Shown here piece after piece: positions 20,175 to 30,121 of a stretch of 64,000 bases of DNA (position 1 is its first letter; each line of letters starts with the position of its first letter). The DNA comes from a virus. The notes beneath the pieces were generated by a model. It searched no databases, was not told the origin of the DNA, and worked only from the letters and a program-made list of their open reading frames with translations. The stretch lies in IMG/VR virus record IMGVR_UViG_3300028284_000001, one strand, 5' to 3'. Position numbers and translations under genes: made by a program.

Positions 20175-21289
20175 TATTTGTCGGTGTCATAATTGTACGC
20201 ACATTGGGTATACAATTGTTTTAACTTGCTCTTTAGTCTTATCGTTAAATCATCATCTTGTTTCATACTGTCAATATACATATTGCAAAGATTAAGAATA
20301 TTGTAGTTCTTATACATCTCTTCAATTTCATCTATATCATAAAAGTCTTTATCAATATATGAATCTTCTTCGTAAATATTTGGTTCTAGCTTTCTAGATA
20401 TATGTTGAATTTCATTAACCAGCTGGCTCAATGCATTAGTTGTGGCGATTTGCGACGGTACGAATAGATCTACAAAGTTATTTCTTATTTGCTCCTTAAA
20501 CTTGCCGAGAGGCATATCATATAGCGCTTTAATATTATATCTTAAGAACTTAGGAGAATCATTATTCTCAAAGAAAGTTTCTTCCATCGTTTCTAGATTA
20601 ACCATATCAAATCCTTTTGGATTATCTCGATCTGATCTAGTTAATTGGTATGGTACACCGACCATTAATAATTTACCGCGTTCTTGTCTAAAGTGAATAT
20701 GTCCACTATAAACCCTCATATACTTATCGTAGATATTAGAATCAGTACCGTGCTCATTTTTAACTTTAGCATTAAGGTAAATACCTCTAACTTCTGAGTG
20801 GCAATATACTATATCTGCTTGTGGATAATTTGCTAATGTTTCTGTTTCATGTTCTGCATCTCTTCTCCATGGCATTAGTAAAACATTTTTACCGGACCAG
20901 TTTAAAAGTTCTGGCTCTTTGTAAACTTGTACATTAGGAATCCATTTTAAACTATCAATTGATGAGATGTCATTAGATTTCTTAGCCCAAATATCATGGT
21001 TACCACATATTACATAACATGGTAGAATCTGACCTAGTCTTTCAAATAGATCTACTGCGTAGCTTAAGACTTTAATATTAATAGATTGTCTATTATCAAA
21101 AGTATCTCCTACTTGTACTAAAACATCACCAGGCTGTACCTGTGCTTTTAAGATAGGGATAAATGTGTTTTCAAAAAAGTCTTTTTGGATATTCAGCCAC
21201 TCGACTGAATTTGCTCTTACACCAAAGTGTAAGTCTCCAAGGACCCATACTCTCTTGGCTCCTTGTTTAATTACTTTGGGTTCAATCAT
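20174..21289 (-). CDS. recombination nuclease gp47 (SbcD/Mre11-like)
   Basis: GDLHFG, GDTFD, GNHD, SGHIH. Confidence 0.93.
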   Translation of the reverse strand: MIEPKVIKQGAKRVWVLGDLHFGVRANSVEWLNIQKDFFENTFIPILKAQVQPGDVLVQVGDTFDNRQSINIKVLSYAVDLFERLGQILPCYVICGNHDIWAKKSNDISSIDSLKWIPNVQVYKEPELLNWSGKNVLLMPWRRDAEHETETLANYPQADIVYCHSEVRGIYLNAKVKNEHGTDSNIYDKYMRVYSGHIHFRQERGKLLMVGVPYQLTRSDRDNPKGFDMVNLETMEETFFENNDSPKFLRYNIKALYDMPLGKFKEQIRNNFVDLFVPSQIATTNALSQLVNEIQHISRKLEPNIYEEDSYIDKDFYDIDEIEEMYKNYNILNLCNMYIDSMKQDDDLTIRLKSKLKQLYTQCAYNYDTDK

Positions 21290-21736
21290 TTAAAATAACT
21301 TTTTAATGTTCTTCTTTTCTAATATACCGGTTCTTAAATCTAATTCTTGGATTAGATCTTCTTTATATACATTTGATAGTGAACTATAAAATTTCACTGG
21401 TTTAATATCGAAGTAAACACACATTTCACTAAATATATCAATACGGCTAAACTTAGCTGCCATTTCATCTACGATATATCCATATACTTCATTAATATCA
21501 TTTTTTCTAAGCTTGTTACATTTACCTTGTTCATCTACTTCGTTAAATACTTTAAATCTGGATAATCCAATTAGTTTATGGATTTTCCTAGCGATCATTT
21601 CAAAGTGTATCTTATCTTCTTCGTCTTGTGTATCTTTTACACTTGGATCTAATTCAAAACTAATGCTACCTAACTCAAACTCTGGAGTATCAAAACTGTT
21701 GTTAAAAATTTTATCATTTTTCTTCTTTTTATACAT
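21290..21736 (-). CDS. putative late-transcription coactivator (gp33-like)
   Basis: C-terminal half IDIFSEMCVYFDIKP...KEDLIQE loosely resembles gp33; ends KKLF. Confidence 0.4.
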   Translation of the reverse strand: MYKKKKNDKIFNNSFDTPEFELGSISFELDPSVKDTQDEEDKIHFEMIARKIHKLIGLSRFKVFNEVDEQGKCNKLRKNDINEVYGYIVDEMAAKFSRIDIFSEMCVYFDIKPVKFYSSLSNVYKEDLIQELDLRTGILEKKNIKKLF

Positions 21737-21750
21737 ATTGTTGTGTTATT

Positions 21751-23067
21751 TTATATTGAATGAATATTTGAGTTGGACATCTCATGTGTTTCCTGTAACC
21801 TCATATAATTCCAATCAATATTTAGTTTACATTTTGTTCCCTTACCTTCACCATCTCTGATCTTTAATACCTTAAGCCAGTATTCTTGATTAGCCCTCAT
21901 TAAATCGTCTTGAATAATACCAAGCATTACATCTGCCGTATGGGAAAGTCCTGCAGATTCTGCTATGTCAGTCATAGTTATGTCCGATGCATTGTAGCCT
22001 GATCTTGTTATTTGGGTTGCGGTTACGATCAACCAGTCATTACGAATTCCCATAGCACGAAGGTCCTCTGCAATTTGCTTGATCTTCATATATGTATTCT
22101 CCGTATTTTGGTTACGATAATTAGCTAAAATGTTAATATAGTCAATTACAACGGCTCCCACTTTAATTTGTCTTTCCTCTTCAATTTGATTTACATAAGC
22201 TTCAATATCTAGTACTGTAGCCTGTGATGTAGGAAACTGTTTTACAAATAGACTTCCAGGAGGATTAAATCCATCACCGACAGTTTCTAGTCTACGTTTA
22301 ATATGTTCTTTATTCTTAGCTTTTTCTGCATATTCGTTAATGTTAACAGAAAGTAGATTAGCACCAATTCTTTTTACGAATTTATGTGCTGCCATCTCTG
22401 CAGTAACGACTACTGTATTAGTACCATTTTTTACGAAGTTTGCAGCATCGTTAGCTAAGTATATTGATTTTCCAATATTCTGTTCACCTGCATAAACAAT
22501 TAAGTTACCACCTTTATCGTAACCTCCATTTAACATATCATCTAAGAAGTTATATCCTGTAGTTACCTTTTCAGTTTCTTTTTGGTCGTGAGCTTCCCAA
22601 TCAAAGAAGTCTAGACCTAGATCTGAATTAAATGTTAGATTATTTCTATCATTAATAATACCTTTAACTTTAGCAACAATTGATTCTACATTTTCTGGAG
22701 TTACTTGTGTAGTTTTAATAAACTCAATAGTATCTGTAAAAGATGTATTAAAGGTTCTCCACTTAATCCATGATTCTGCAGTTGAAGTTAACCATTCTTC
22801 ATCATATTGGTCTAAGTCAGTTTCAAATATCATGTTAAGGATATTTTCGCTAACTCTTTCTTTAGATTTAGGATGATTTTGAACAAGAAGAACTAATTGT
22901 TCTTTACTAGGAGTCTCATTAAATTTACCGTAAAATTTATTAGCTAAAAAGCTTAACGCATCTATTTCTTCTGATGTATAAAAGCCTGATTTAATTGCCT
23001 GTAAATATTTTACCTTCTCTAATGATAGCCTAAAGAATATCTTTTCAAAATCTTGTCCGAATTGCAT
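21751..23067 (-). CDS. replicative helicase (gp41/DnaB-like)
   Basis: GEQNIGKS, TAEM, VIDYINI, TATQITR, IAESAG..HTAD. Confidence 0.93.
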   Translation of the reverse strand: MQFGQDFEKIFFRLSLEKVKYLQAIKSGFYTSEEIDALSFLANKFYGKFNETPSKEQLVLLVQNHPKSKERVSENILNMIFETDLDQYDEEWLTSTAESWIKWRTFNTSFTDTIEFIKTTQVTPENVESIVAKVKGIINDRNNLTFNSDLGLDFFDWEAHDQKETEKVTTGYNFLDDMLNGGYDKGGNLIVYAGEQNIGKSIYLANDAANFVKNGTNTVVVTAEMAAHKFVKRIGANLLSVNINEYAEKAKNKEHIKRRLETVGDGFNPPGSLFVKQFPTSQATVLDIEAYVNQIEEERQIKVGAVVIDYINILANYRNQNTENTYMKIKQIAEDLRAMGIRNDWLIVTATQITRSGYNASDITMTDIAESAGLSHTADVMLGIIQDDLMRANQEYWLKVLKIRDGEGKGTKCKLNIDWNYMRLQETHEMSNSNIHSI

Positions 23068-23080
23068 ATTGTATGTTTAG

Positions 23081-23659
23081 TTATTCTATGGTTAAATCTC
23101 CGTTTGTTTTCGCGTATGGCTCTTGATTCCATAAGTTGATAGCGATTGCACGTCTTGTGCCGCTTAATACTCTATTAACCATGTGCTGGTCTTGTCCGGC
23201 ATTAAATATAATAAGTCTATTAGGTTTTGCTTTTACTACCTCTGGTGTAGACTCAGGGCCATCTGTAAAGATTGCAAGTTCACCACCTTCAAAGTCTTGC
23301 CCTGCTGGATAGTATACGCTACCGATTGATGGTGTAAGTATTTCTCCAGTCTTATCAAACCATGCTTCGTCCTTATCAAAGTGCATGGGTAGTTTATCAT
23401 CCCATTCTGTATCTACACTATCTGAAGTTTGAAAACCTGTCCAGTATTCAAAACCGGCAACATGTAATATACTAGATATTGGGCAACGATCTCCCCATGC
23501 ATATTTTATTATCTCTTTAACTGTATTATCAGCAGGAGAATCCCACCAGCCTCCGTACCATTTATATACGCCTGGATCTTTAAAGATCTCTGCTTTATTT
23601 AGTTCTATTTCTGCTAATAGTTTTTCGTCTTCTATAAAATTGTCAAATACTGCTATCAT
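23081..23659 (-). CDS. 2OG-Fe(II) oxygenase
   Basis: HFDKD, FEGGEL, PNRLIIF, distal H and R. Confidence 0.8.
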   Translation of the reverse strand: MIAVFDNFIEDEKLLAEIELNKAEIFKDPGVYKWYGGWWDSPADNTVKEIIKYAWGDRCPISSILHVAGFEYWTGFQTSDSVDTEWDDKLPMHFDKDEAWFDKTGEILTPSIGSVYYPAGQDFEGGELAIFTDGPESTPEVVKAKPNRLIIFNAGQDQHMVNRVLSGTRRAIAINLWNQEPYAKTNGDLTIE

Positions 23660-23955
23660 TCGAATGGATTTTGTATTATTTTAAAAGCCTCTTTGCCAGG
23701 CTCGTCACTTGTTTGTTCGCATAAACCCAATGTAACTAATTCTTTTGCAGATTCTAATATTTTGTTATGATCTGATTCTGGAAATCTATAAGTTTTTAAT
23801 GCGTGGAATGTAAAGCTACCTTTATATCTGTCTGGGTTTCTATTACATAATTTTACTTCAGCTTGTAAAACATCTAATGCGGTTGGATAATCTGGTAAAT
23901 CTTTTTCTATCCCTAGGATATACTTGATTGGCAGCTTATCTTTATTCAACTTCAC
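23656..23955 (-). CDS. hypothetical protein
   Basis: 99-aa ORF overlapping both neighbours. Confidence 0.7.
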   Translation of the reverse strand: MKLNKDKLPIKYILGIEKDLPDYPTALDVLQAEVKLCNRNPDRYKGSFTFHALKTYRFPESDHNKILESAKELVTLGLCEQTSDEPGKEAFKIIQNPFE

Positions 23956-25057
23956 CTAGTTCTATTAGCTCGTCTATGTCAAGTTCTCTGTGTTCCGTAC
24001 TGTAATTAAATAGAGGCTGAATTTTCTTTTCAATTTTTTGTAGGATTTCTTGAGTAAAGACTTTATCTGTAAAGAATTCTGAGTTTGATACAGTTTCATC
24101 AAGGTGTTTACAAATCCAACCCCTTGCAGTAGCCTTAGGTGTTTTTGTTCCGTCCTTTTCAACTAGACCTTTTGCAATACCAATATCTTCCCAGTCAATA
24201 TATTGTTCTAGGCCGACAAATCTATTCATACCTTCTGTAAAGTGTAAATGGAATTTAATTGGATGTGGTTTTGCAAATCTGTTTTTATTTGGTTTTGCAG
24301 TTACAATAATACCAGTCTTTTCACCGCCCTCTTTAAGTTGTGCCTTACCTAAGAATAGAACAATTGATGCTGCATATTCTGGTCCAGTTCCTCCACCTGC
24401 TACTGCCTGTGAAATAAATGATTGTGTTTGGTATGTGTGATTTGTAAATAGAAATGGAATCTTTAAATCAGCCAGAGGCGTCATAATAATTCTAAAGATA
24501 GACTTTAGGATCTTAGCCCTAGTCATATCTGATTTTTCAGAACCTGTTTTAGCATCATCAATTTCTTTATTAGTTGCTAAGTTACCTGCAGAATCTAAGA
24601 TAATCATTACTTTAGGTGTTTGACCGCCAGCTCTTTTTACCTCTTGCATTTTAGCAGTAATTGTAGTTACAGATTGACGAAAGTCTTGTACTGTATTAAC
24701 TGGTTGGTAATTTACTTTAGTAGTATCAATGCCAAACTTCTTCATTAATTCTCTATCGACTGCTGCTTCTGAATCATAAAAGATAACACTATAACCCATG
24801 TCTATAGCACGAACAATGGAGTTTAATATTAAATATGTTTTTCCTGTTCCTGATGGTCCTGCGATTGAACAAGATCTGTTGTTTGGCCAACCATTAAATA
24901 AGGATCCGCTTACACATGCGTTTAAGTGGTAGTTACCCGTATCAATCCATTCTGTAACCTCACTAAAATTAGAATGTTCCATAACGGAACCTAACGGATT
25001 AAGGTCCGCTAATTCTTTATTAATGTCATCGAAACTAAATTCTTTCTTTTTTGCCAT
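23942..25057 (-). CDS. uvsX: RecA-like recombinase UvsX
   Basis: IDTG..LN, GPSGTGKT, YDSE, LDSAGNL, TNHTY, GGG. Confidence 0.92.
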   Translation of the reverse strand: MAKKKEFSFDDINKELADLNPLGSVMEHSNFSEVTEWIDTGNYHLNACVSGSLFNGWPNNRSCSIAGPSGTGKTYLILNSIVRAIDMGYSVIFYDSEAAVDRELMKKFGIDTTKVNYQPVNTVQDFRQSVTTITAKMQEVKRAGGQTPKVMIILDSAGNLATNKEIDDAKTGSEKSDMTRAKILKSIFRIIMTPLADLKIPFLFTNHTYQTQSFISQAVAGGGTGPEYAASIVLFLGKAQLKEGGEKTGIIVTAKPNKNRFAKPHPIKFHLHFTEGMNRFVGLEQYIDWEDIGIAKGLVEKDGTKTPKATARGWICKHLDETVSNSEFFTDKVFTQEILQKIEKKIQPLFNYSTEHRELDIDELIELGEVE

Positions 25058-25104
25058 TGTATTATTTTTGTTTATTATTATATGGTAAGATGCTATATAG
25101 TTTC

Positions 25105-25314
25105 CTAGACTTTATCTAGTACATTATCATCTCCAAATTCTTCTTTTTCCTTAGCTCTAAGCTCTGTTAGTTCTTTCGTTAAAAGGGTAGCCCTTTCTGA
25201 TAGACTATCAATATTAATTTGAATATCAGCTAATCCATGTAGAATTCTCTGATATTCTCTAATATACTTTTGTTGGCCTTTAGGAAGGTCTTCTATATTA
25301 ATTGAGTTCTCCAT
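25105..25314 (-). CDS. small coiled-coil hypothetical protein
   Basis: 69 aa, TAATG-coupled. Confidence 0.65.
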   Translation of the reverse strand: MENSINIEDLPKGQQKYIREYQRILHGLADIQINIDSLSERATLLTKELTELRAKEKEEFGDDNVLDKV

Positions 25315-25508
25315 TAATCGTAACCTAATACTGCATCATCTCTGATATCTTCATCAAAGATATTTAATTGTCCTGGTAATTGCTCTCCTGCAATTTCTTG
25401 ACTTTGAGCCTTTTTCATTTGCCAAACAAGTGCTCTAACTTTGTTACCAAGCTCCATGTCGTTTGGGTTTTCGTTTGCTAATATGTATAATGTGTCTTTT
25501 AATTCCAT
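25314..25508 (-). CDS. small hypothetical protein containing QLNIF
   Basis: 64 aa, PNDMELG..VR motif, downstream of the polymerase C-half. Confidence 0.65.
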   Translation of the reverse strand: MELKDTLYILANENPNDMELGNKVRALVWQMKKAQSQEIAGEQLPGQLNIFDEDIRDDAVLGYD

Positions 25509-25513
25509 GTTGT

Positions 25514-26722
25514 TTAAAATAATGCCGAAGCGTAAATTAAGTTTGTATCTAATGTTTGAAGGCCAATTGCTTTCAATACTCTATTGAGTGGGTCGATCAT
25601 ACACTTTTCAAATTGTGTATCATAGTCAACTTTAGGTGCTATCTCATAAGGATGATCTCCTGGAAGATATGCGTAGACTTCAGAGATTGGTGTTTTACAG
25701 TTATAGATTTTAAGCTTCTCACCGTTACCAATCAGTTTATATTTGTTTTTAAATTTAGCATTGTTATTCAATATGTAATTGTAATAACCAGCTGCCTTTA
25801 CGTTTGCAGGACATTTAAGACCTACTTGGAATTCAATTTGATCGTCAACGATATATTTTTCAATATTATTAGTTCTACGATTAAATGCAATATCATCTAT
25901 GTTTGCTAATTGAAATTCTTTTTTAGACTCTTTCATAAAACTAACTAGCTGTTGCAATTCTTCTGCATTAGGAGTTTGTTGAGATCTAAATAATATTCTA
26001 AGTGCTTCTACTAGTTTCTCTCTAGCGAACTTAGGAGTAGAAGATTGAATTGTATCAAATCCAATAGTCTTTACTTTCTTAAGAGATGGATGCCTATCAG
26101 TAGTTTCTAATTTATCATCCCATGCAATGTTTTGAATATACTTTTTCTTTGACATCCAAATACCATTATAGGCAAGTGACTCTAGTTCAAAGAATAAGAA
26201 GTTATCCGTGTTTCTATCAGCAGCATATTTTTTCATTGTTGCTGTGATATAGTCTTTAAGTCTAAATGCATAGAATGCTAAAATAAACTCATCAATAGGT
26301 AGAGCTTTTTCTTCGTCATCCCAAATAATAGATTCATAAAGATCTTGGAATTGTACGTAACAAGAATCAGTATCAATATAGATTACTGCAGGCTTTTCAA
26401 TCTTACCCTTTACTTTAATACCGAATTGCTGATGTACTTTAGTATCTTTATGCCAAAATTCATTAACGTATTTGTTAAGAATAGATTCTGAATAAAGAAT
26501 AGCATTCTTGCCTTGTTTAGTAATGGATTCTGCAATATCTATATTAAAAAAGTGAAACCACTTATTACCGAATGCACCGTAAATAGAGTTAAGAGTTAAT
26601 TTTACAGCTTGTTCATAAGCAGTATATTTAGCAGAAAGCTGCTTGTAATGTTTTACAAGCAGCCCCGCCTCTTCTTTACTTAGTTGATCAGTTGGTTTAT
26701 TTTCTAATGCAGTTATATCCAT
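25514..26722 (-). CDS. family B DNA polymerase, C-terminal half (gp43B-like)
   Basis: Motif B KLTLNSIYG, motif C YIDTDS, KKKY; lacks exonuclease and motif A. Confidence 0.92.
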   Translation of the reverse strand: MDITALENKPTDQLSKEEAGLLVKHYKQLSAKYTAYEQAVKLTLNSIYGAFGNKWFHFFNIDIAESITKQGKNAILYSESILNKYVNEFWHKDTKVHQQFGIKVKGKIEKPAVIYIDTDSCYVQFQDLYESIIWDDEEKALPIDEFILAFYAFRLKDYITATMKKYAADRNTDNFLFFELESLAYNGIWMSKKKYIQNIAWDDKLETTDRHPSLKKVKTIGFDTIQSSTPKFAREKLVEALRILFRSQQTPNAEELQQLVSFMKESKKEFQLANIDDIAFNRRTNNIEKYIVDDQIEFQVGLKCPANVKAAGYYNYILNNNAKFKNKYKLIGNGEKLKIYNCKTPISEVYAYLPGDHPYEIAPKVDYDTQFEKCMIDPLNRVLKAIGLQTLDTNLIYASALF

Positions 26723-26725
26723 CTA

Positions 26726-27469
26726 TTACGCTGTTTGACAAGTTGATACAGTAAGCAATGTTGCTGATTCAGTAGATTCAAATACTATTTTAGAATCTGA
26801 AATATGAACTGTTTGTTCTTCTTTGTCTAACAGGTTTAAATACTTTTTGTAAACTGTTACTGCTCCACTTCCATTTGATTCTGGATTAATTGTAGCATTA
26901 AACGATTTACCGCTAACAGCAACTCCTGTGCCATTTGCTTTTACACTAAACGTTTCGTCTTTGTCAAGTCCAAATAAGTTCTTAACTTTATTAATGGTAT
27001 GTGTGTCCATTGTAAAACTAAACTTAGTGTCGTCTGTTGCGAAAATAGCTGCTTGCTGATCTTCAGTTAAGTCTTTAAATCCTAGTGAAGGCTCTGAACA
27101 AGATAGGGTAATTTCTAACTCATCGTTAAAGATTCTTAATGTGGAAGCAACAAATTCAGTTTCAGTCTCTAGAAACTCAAGTTCACCTTTAATAGCATCA
27201 TGGTCAAAGTGCTTAATAGCATCAATAACTTTTGATCCTTCAAAGAAGGCTATTTTCATTTCCTTATCAGTGTCCGGGAAGGTGCTGATTTGGAAGATTT
27301 TATCACATGGAATGTTATGTGATTTTACTGCATCTCTCTGTGGTAGGTATACCGCAGAATTTATTTGTCCATTGTTTATTTTCATATAGACAAACGAGTC
27401 GATAAGCTTTACGCGATTAATAAATGCTGTTAGCTCATGCTGGTCAATTCGATCAATTTGTAATTTCAT
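26726..27469 (-). CDS. sliding clamp (gp45-like)
   Basis: 247 aa, two-domain alpha/beta pattern, adjacent to polymerase, middle promoter; no catalytic motif to confirm. Confidence 0.6.
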   Translation of the reverse strand: MKLQIDRIDQHELTAFINRVKLIDSFVYMKINNGQINSAVYLPQRDAVKSHNIPCDKIFQISTFPDTDKEMKIAFFEGSKVIDAIKHFDHDAIKGELEFLETETEFVASTLRIFNDELEITLSCSEPSLGFKDLTEDQQAAIFATDDTKFSFTMDTHTINKVKNLFGLDKDETFSVKANGTGVAVSGKSFNATINPESNGSGAVTVYKKYLNLLDKEEQTVHISDSKIVFESTESATLLTVSTCQTA

Positions 27470-27522
27470 CTAAATATATTTTTGTTTGATAGTTATACTT
27501 GTTTTTACTAGTTAGTTTCATT

Positions 27523-27555
27523 AAAAAAGCCCAGAATCCTAGAAACCTGGGCTTT
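27523..27555 (-). terminator. intrinsic terminator after the outer-membrane protein gene
   Basis: AAAGCCCAG...CTGGGCTTT stem with T6 on the minus strand. Confidence 0.75.
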
Positions 27556-27574
27556 AAACCAAATTAGATTTAGC

Positions 27575-27991
27575 TTAGAATTTTAAGCCGAACCCAATTT
27601 GAAGGTTAGTAGTTTCAGCCCCTAAATCGTAAACGATTTTTGGATCTAAAAACATTGCTCCTTTATGGAACTCAAACATTCTCCCTACACCTATTGAAGC
27701 TTGATCGAAATCAAAATCATTAAGTGCTACATATCCAAAGAATCCTTTGTGGAAATATCTTCCTTCTAGACCTAAGACCATGTCTTCAGTTGAATCTGCT
27801 TGCGATACATTCATTCCAACCATATAGTTGTCAGCGAATGCGTAGCCGATCATTGGTTGGATTGATAAATCAGTCCAAGCCGTGTTAGTAATATCGCCAG
27901 TACCTACGTACCAGTCTCCTTTTGCGTTTTGCGCGTTAGCTCCTATTGTTGTTAATACAACTAGTGCTATTGATAAAATAATATTTTTCAT
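27575..27991 (-). CDS. small outer-membrane beta-barrel protein, Bacteroidota type
   Basis: Sec signal ending ANA-Q, alternating amphipathic strands, C-terminal GFGLKF. Confidence 0.75.
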   Translation of the reverse strand: MKNIILSIALVVLTTIGANAQNAKGDWYVGTGDITNTAWTDLSIQPMIGYAFADNYMVGMNVSQADSTEDMVLGLEGRYFHKGFFGYVALNDFDFDQASIGVGRMFEFHKGAMFLDPKIVYDLGAETTNLQIGFGLKF

Positions 27992-28024
27992 AATAAATTA
28001 ATTTGGTTTGTAAAAAACTTCTAT

Positions 28025-28129
28025 TCAGTCTGCAGTTTGCAGATATCTAGGATTAGATATAGAAGTAACTGCTGTTTTTATATTTAAGCAGTATGTGGTT
28101 AATATTGTTGTTAACGAGTAATCGTTCAT
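28025..28129 (-). CDS. possible 34-aa upstream peptide
   Basis: A-rich leader then ATG shortly after the promoter at 28148-28175; MNDYSLTTILTTYCLNIK... Confidence 0.35.
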   Translation of the reverse strand: MNDYSLTTILTTYCLNIKTAVTSISNPRYLQTAD

Positions 28130-28196
28130 TTCTTTTGTTTGTGGGTCTTTATACAGAGTATATGTGCTTTGTTCCAAAAATAGTTGGCAAACATGT

Positions 28197-28278
28197 AAAA
28201 AAAGTGAGGCCAGGAAGTAGCGAACCCCTGGCCTCGATCCGAGAACTATCTCGGTCCTAAGAAGTGGATTTAACCACA
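28197..28278 (-). ncRNA. GC-rich three-hairpin element ending in a terminator, 3' of nrdA
   Basis: GTGG/CCAC, CCGAGA/TCTCGG and GAGGCCAGG/CCTGGCCTC stems then T7. Confidence 0.5.
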
Positions 28279-28285
28279 ACTAATA

Positions 28286-30112
28286 TTATCCGTCACATGC
28301 TAAGCAATCTGGATCTGTTGCTGCTTGTGCAATATCTCCTCTTAACACTGATTCTGTTCTCATATAATAAAGGGTTTTTACTCCTTCTTTAAATGCTTCT
28401 AAATGTACTTTATTAATAAACTTAGTATCTGCTTGTGTTGGGAAAGCTAAATTTAAACTTACAGCTTGGTCAACATATTGTTGTCTAATACCTGCTTGTT
28501 TAACTAGATCTAATTGGTTTATTTCTTTAAATGTTTTAAATATATCTTTAACTGGTATATAATGATCTGCATCAATTGCAAGCAAAGATTCAAATTTCTT
28601 TTTACTAATTAAGTTATCTTTATCATTAATATTTGTAGCTACCTTTACATAATAATCATCTAAGAAATCTAAACCCTGTACAGAACCACCATCTTCTAAT
28701 ATTTTATTCCATGTTGGTTTTGAATTTCTATTAATAGTTTCTAAAAAAGCTTGTAATACTGGGTTCTTTCTAATAAATGTGCCCTTTGCTGTTTGTTCTG
28801 TAAAGACGTTAGCTGCCCAAGGCTCAATACCTGCAGATACATTACCTGCTAGTTTTGAGTTGCTTACAGTTGGTGCTATAGCTCTCAGGTGAGTGTTTCT
28901 CATACCAGTACCTCTACACCATAATGGTTCTCCCATTTCTAAAGCCATATCTCTACTAGCCTTTTCAGTTTCAGTTCTTAATTGAGAGAATATCTTTCTA
29001 GTTTCAAACTGTGCAGGTAAACCTTCAAATGGAATTCCTCTTTCTTGTAAATAAGTATGCCATCCGAGTACTCCTAATCCTAATGCTCTACCTTTTTCTG
29101 CAGATCTTACTGAATTTTCAAAGCCTCTCATGAATTTTGCCTTTTGTATAAATTCATCTAAAACTCCATCAAGGAACCAAGTAGCTGTATAAACTAAGTC
29201 TGTATTTTTCCACTCATCATATTTAGCTAAGTTTACGGAAGATAAACAACAAACAAAAGAGTGGCTTTCATCTGTATGTAGCGTAATTTCAGAGCAAATA
29301 TTAGTCATATAAACCTTAAGGCCATTCTGCTTATACGCATCTGGATTTGCTCTGTTGACATTCCCCTTATACATAATATAAGGTTCGCCAGTTGCTTTTC
29401 TTTTTCTTAGTACTCCAATCCATCGTTTACGCGCTTCAGGGTCACCCTCTTGCACTTTCTGCATAAATCCATCTGGTACTACTACACATTGATGTAGGTT
29501 AAGAGATTGTCTATTAACATCTCCTTTAGGCTCTCTAATTTCTAACCATTCCCAGAAATCACCATGTTCAATATCAATATTGACACTTGCTGCTCCTCTA
29601 CGAACAGAGCCCTGATTAGTTGCCAATATGGTACTGTCATATATTTTGCAAAACGGTACCACACCATCGCTTGTTCCATTTCCTGCTATGTTACTTCCAG
29701 CGGGTCTAATTTGGTTTATACCGACACCTACTCCACCGCCATGTTTTGCGAGTAACATCATTTCTAAATTCTTTGCTCCAATATCATGTATTGAATCTGC
29801 AATATCAATACCAAAACATGAAATAGGTAACCCTCTTTCTAGTCCTGTGTTTGATAGAACTGGAGAGGCTAAGTTTAACCAACCCTTCCATATATAATCA
29901 AAGAATTTACTTGCTAATTCTGGTTTATTAAGTCGTCTTGCTACTGTAGTAGAAACTCTCCAGTATGCATCTTTAGGCTTTTCGCCTTCCATTAAATAAC
30001 CTGCTGAAATTGTCTTTACATAGACTTCTGTATTAGCCCATAAAGGAAAATCAACCCCTAATTCCCATCCCAAGCTCTCTGCCTGGTTTACTATTTTATC
30101 GTCTGTTTTCAT
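28286..30112 (-). CDS. nrdA: ribonucleotide reductase class Ia alpha subunit (short, no evident ATP cone)
   Basis: SPVLSN, ISCF, GGGVG, NQGSVRRGA, TNICSE, APTVS, TLYY, C-terminal CLAC. Confidence 0.96.
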   Translation of the reverse strand: MKTDDKIVNQAESLGWELGVDFPLWANTEVYVKTISAGYLMEGEKPKDAYWRVSTTVARRLNKPELASKFFDYIWKGWLNLASPVLSNTGLERGLPISCFGIDIADSIHDIGAKNLEMMLLAKHGGGVGVGINQIRPAGSNIAGNGTSDGVVPFCKIYDSTILATNQGSVRRGAASVNIDIEHGDFWEWLEIREPKGDVNRQSLNLHQCVVVPDGFMQKVQEGDPEARKRWIGVLRKRKATGEPYIMYKGNVNRANPDAYKQNGLKVYMTNICSEITLHTDESHSFVCCLSSVNLAKYDEWKNTDLVYTATWFLDGVLDEFIQKAKFMRGFENSVRSAEKGRALGLGVLGWHTYLQERGIPFEGLPAQFETRKIFSQLRTETEKASRDMALEMGEPLWCRGTGMRNTHLRAIAPTVSNSKLAGNVSAGIEPWAANVFTEQTAKGTFIRKNPVLQAFLETINRNSKPTWNKILEDGGSVQGLDFLDDYYVKVATNINDKDNLISKKKFESLLAIDADHYIPVKDIFKTFKEINQLDLVKQAGIRQQYVDQAVSLNLAFPTQADTKFINKVHLEAFKEGVKTLYYMRTESVLRGDIAQAATDPDCLACDG

Positions 30113-30121
30113 ATTAATATT

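Noticed and set aside
28197-28278. tRNA or SAM-II riboswitch reading of the hairpin cluster (TGGTTAAA, GGTTCG, GATTTAACC)
   Set aside because: No acceptor stem or 7-nt anticodon loop can be formed, and the SAM-II elements are not in the required order; kept only as an unknown structured element
28130-28279. 84-aa version of ORF 28025-28279
   Set aside because: Its 5' part runs through the hairpins, terminator and promoter; only the ATG at 28129 is plausible
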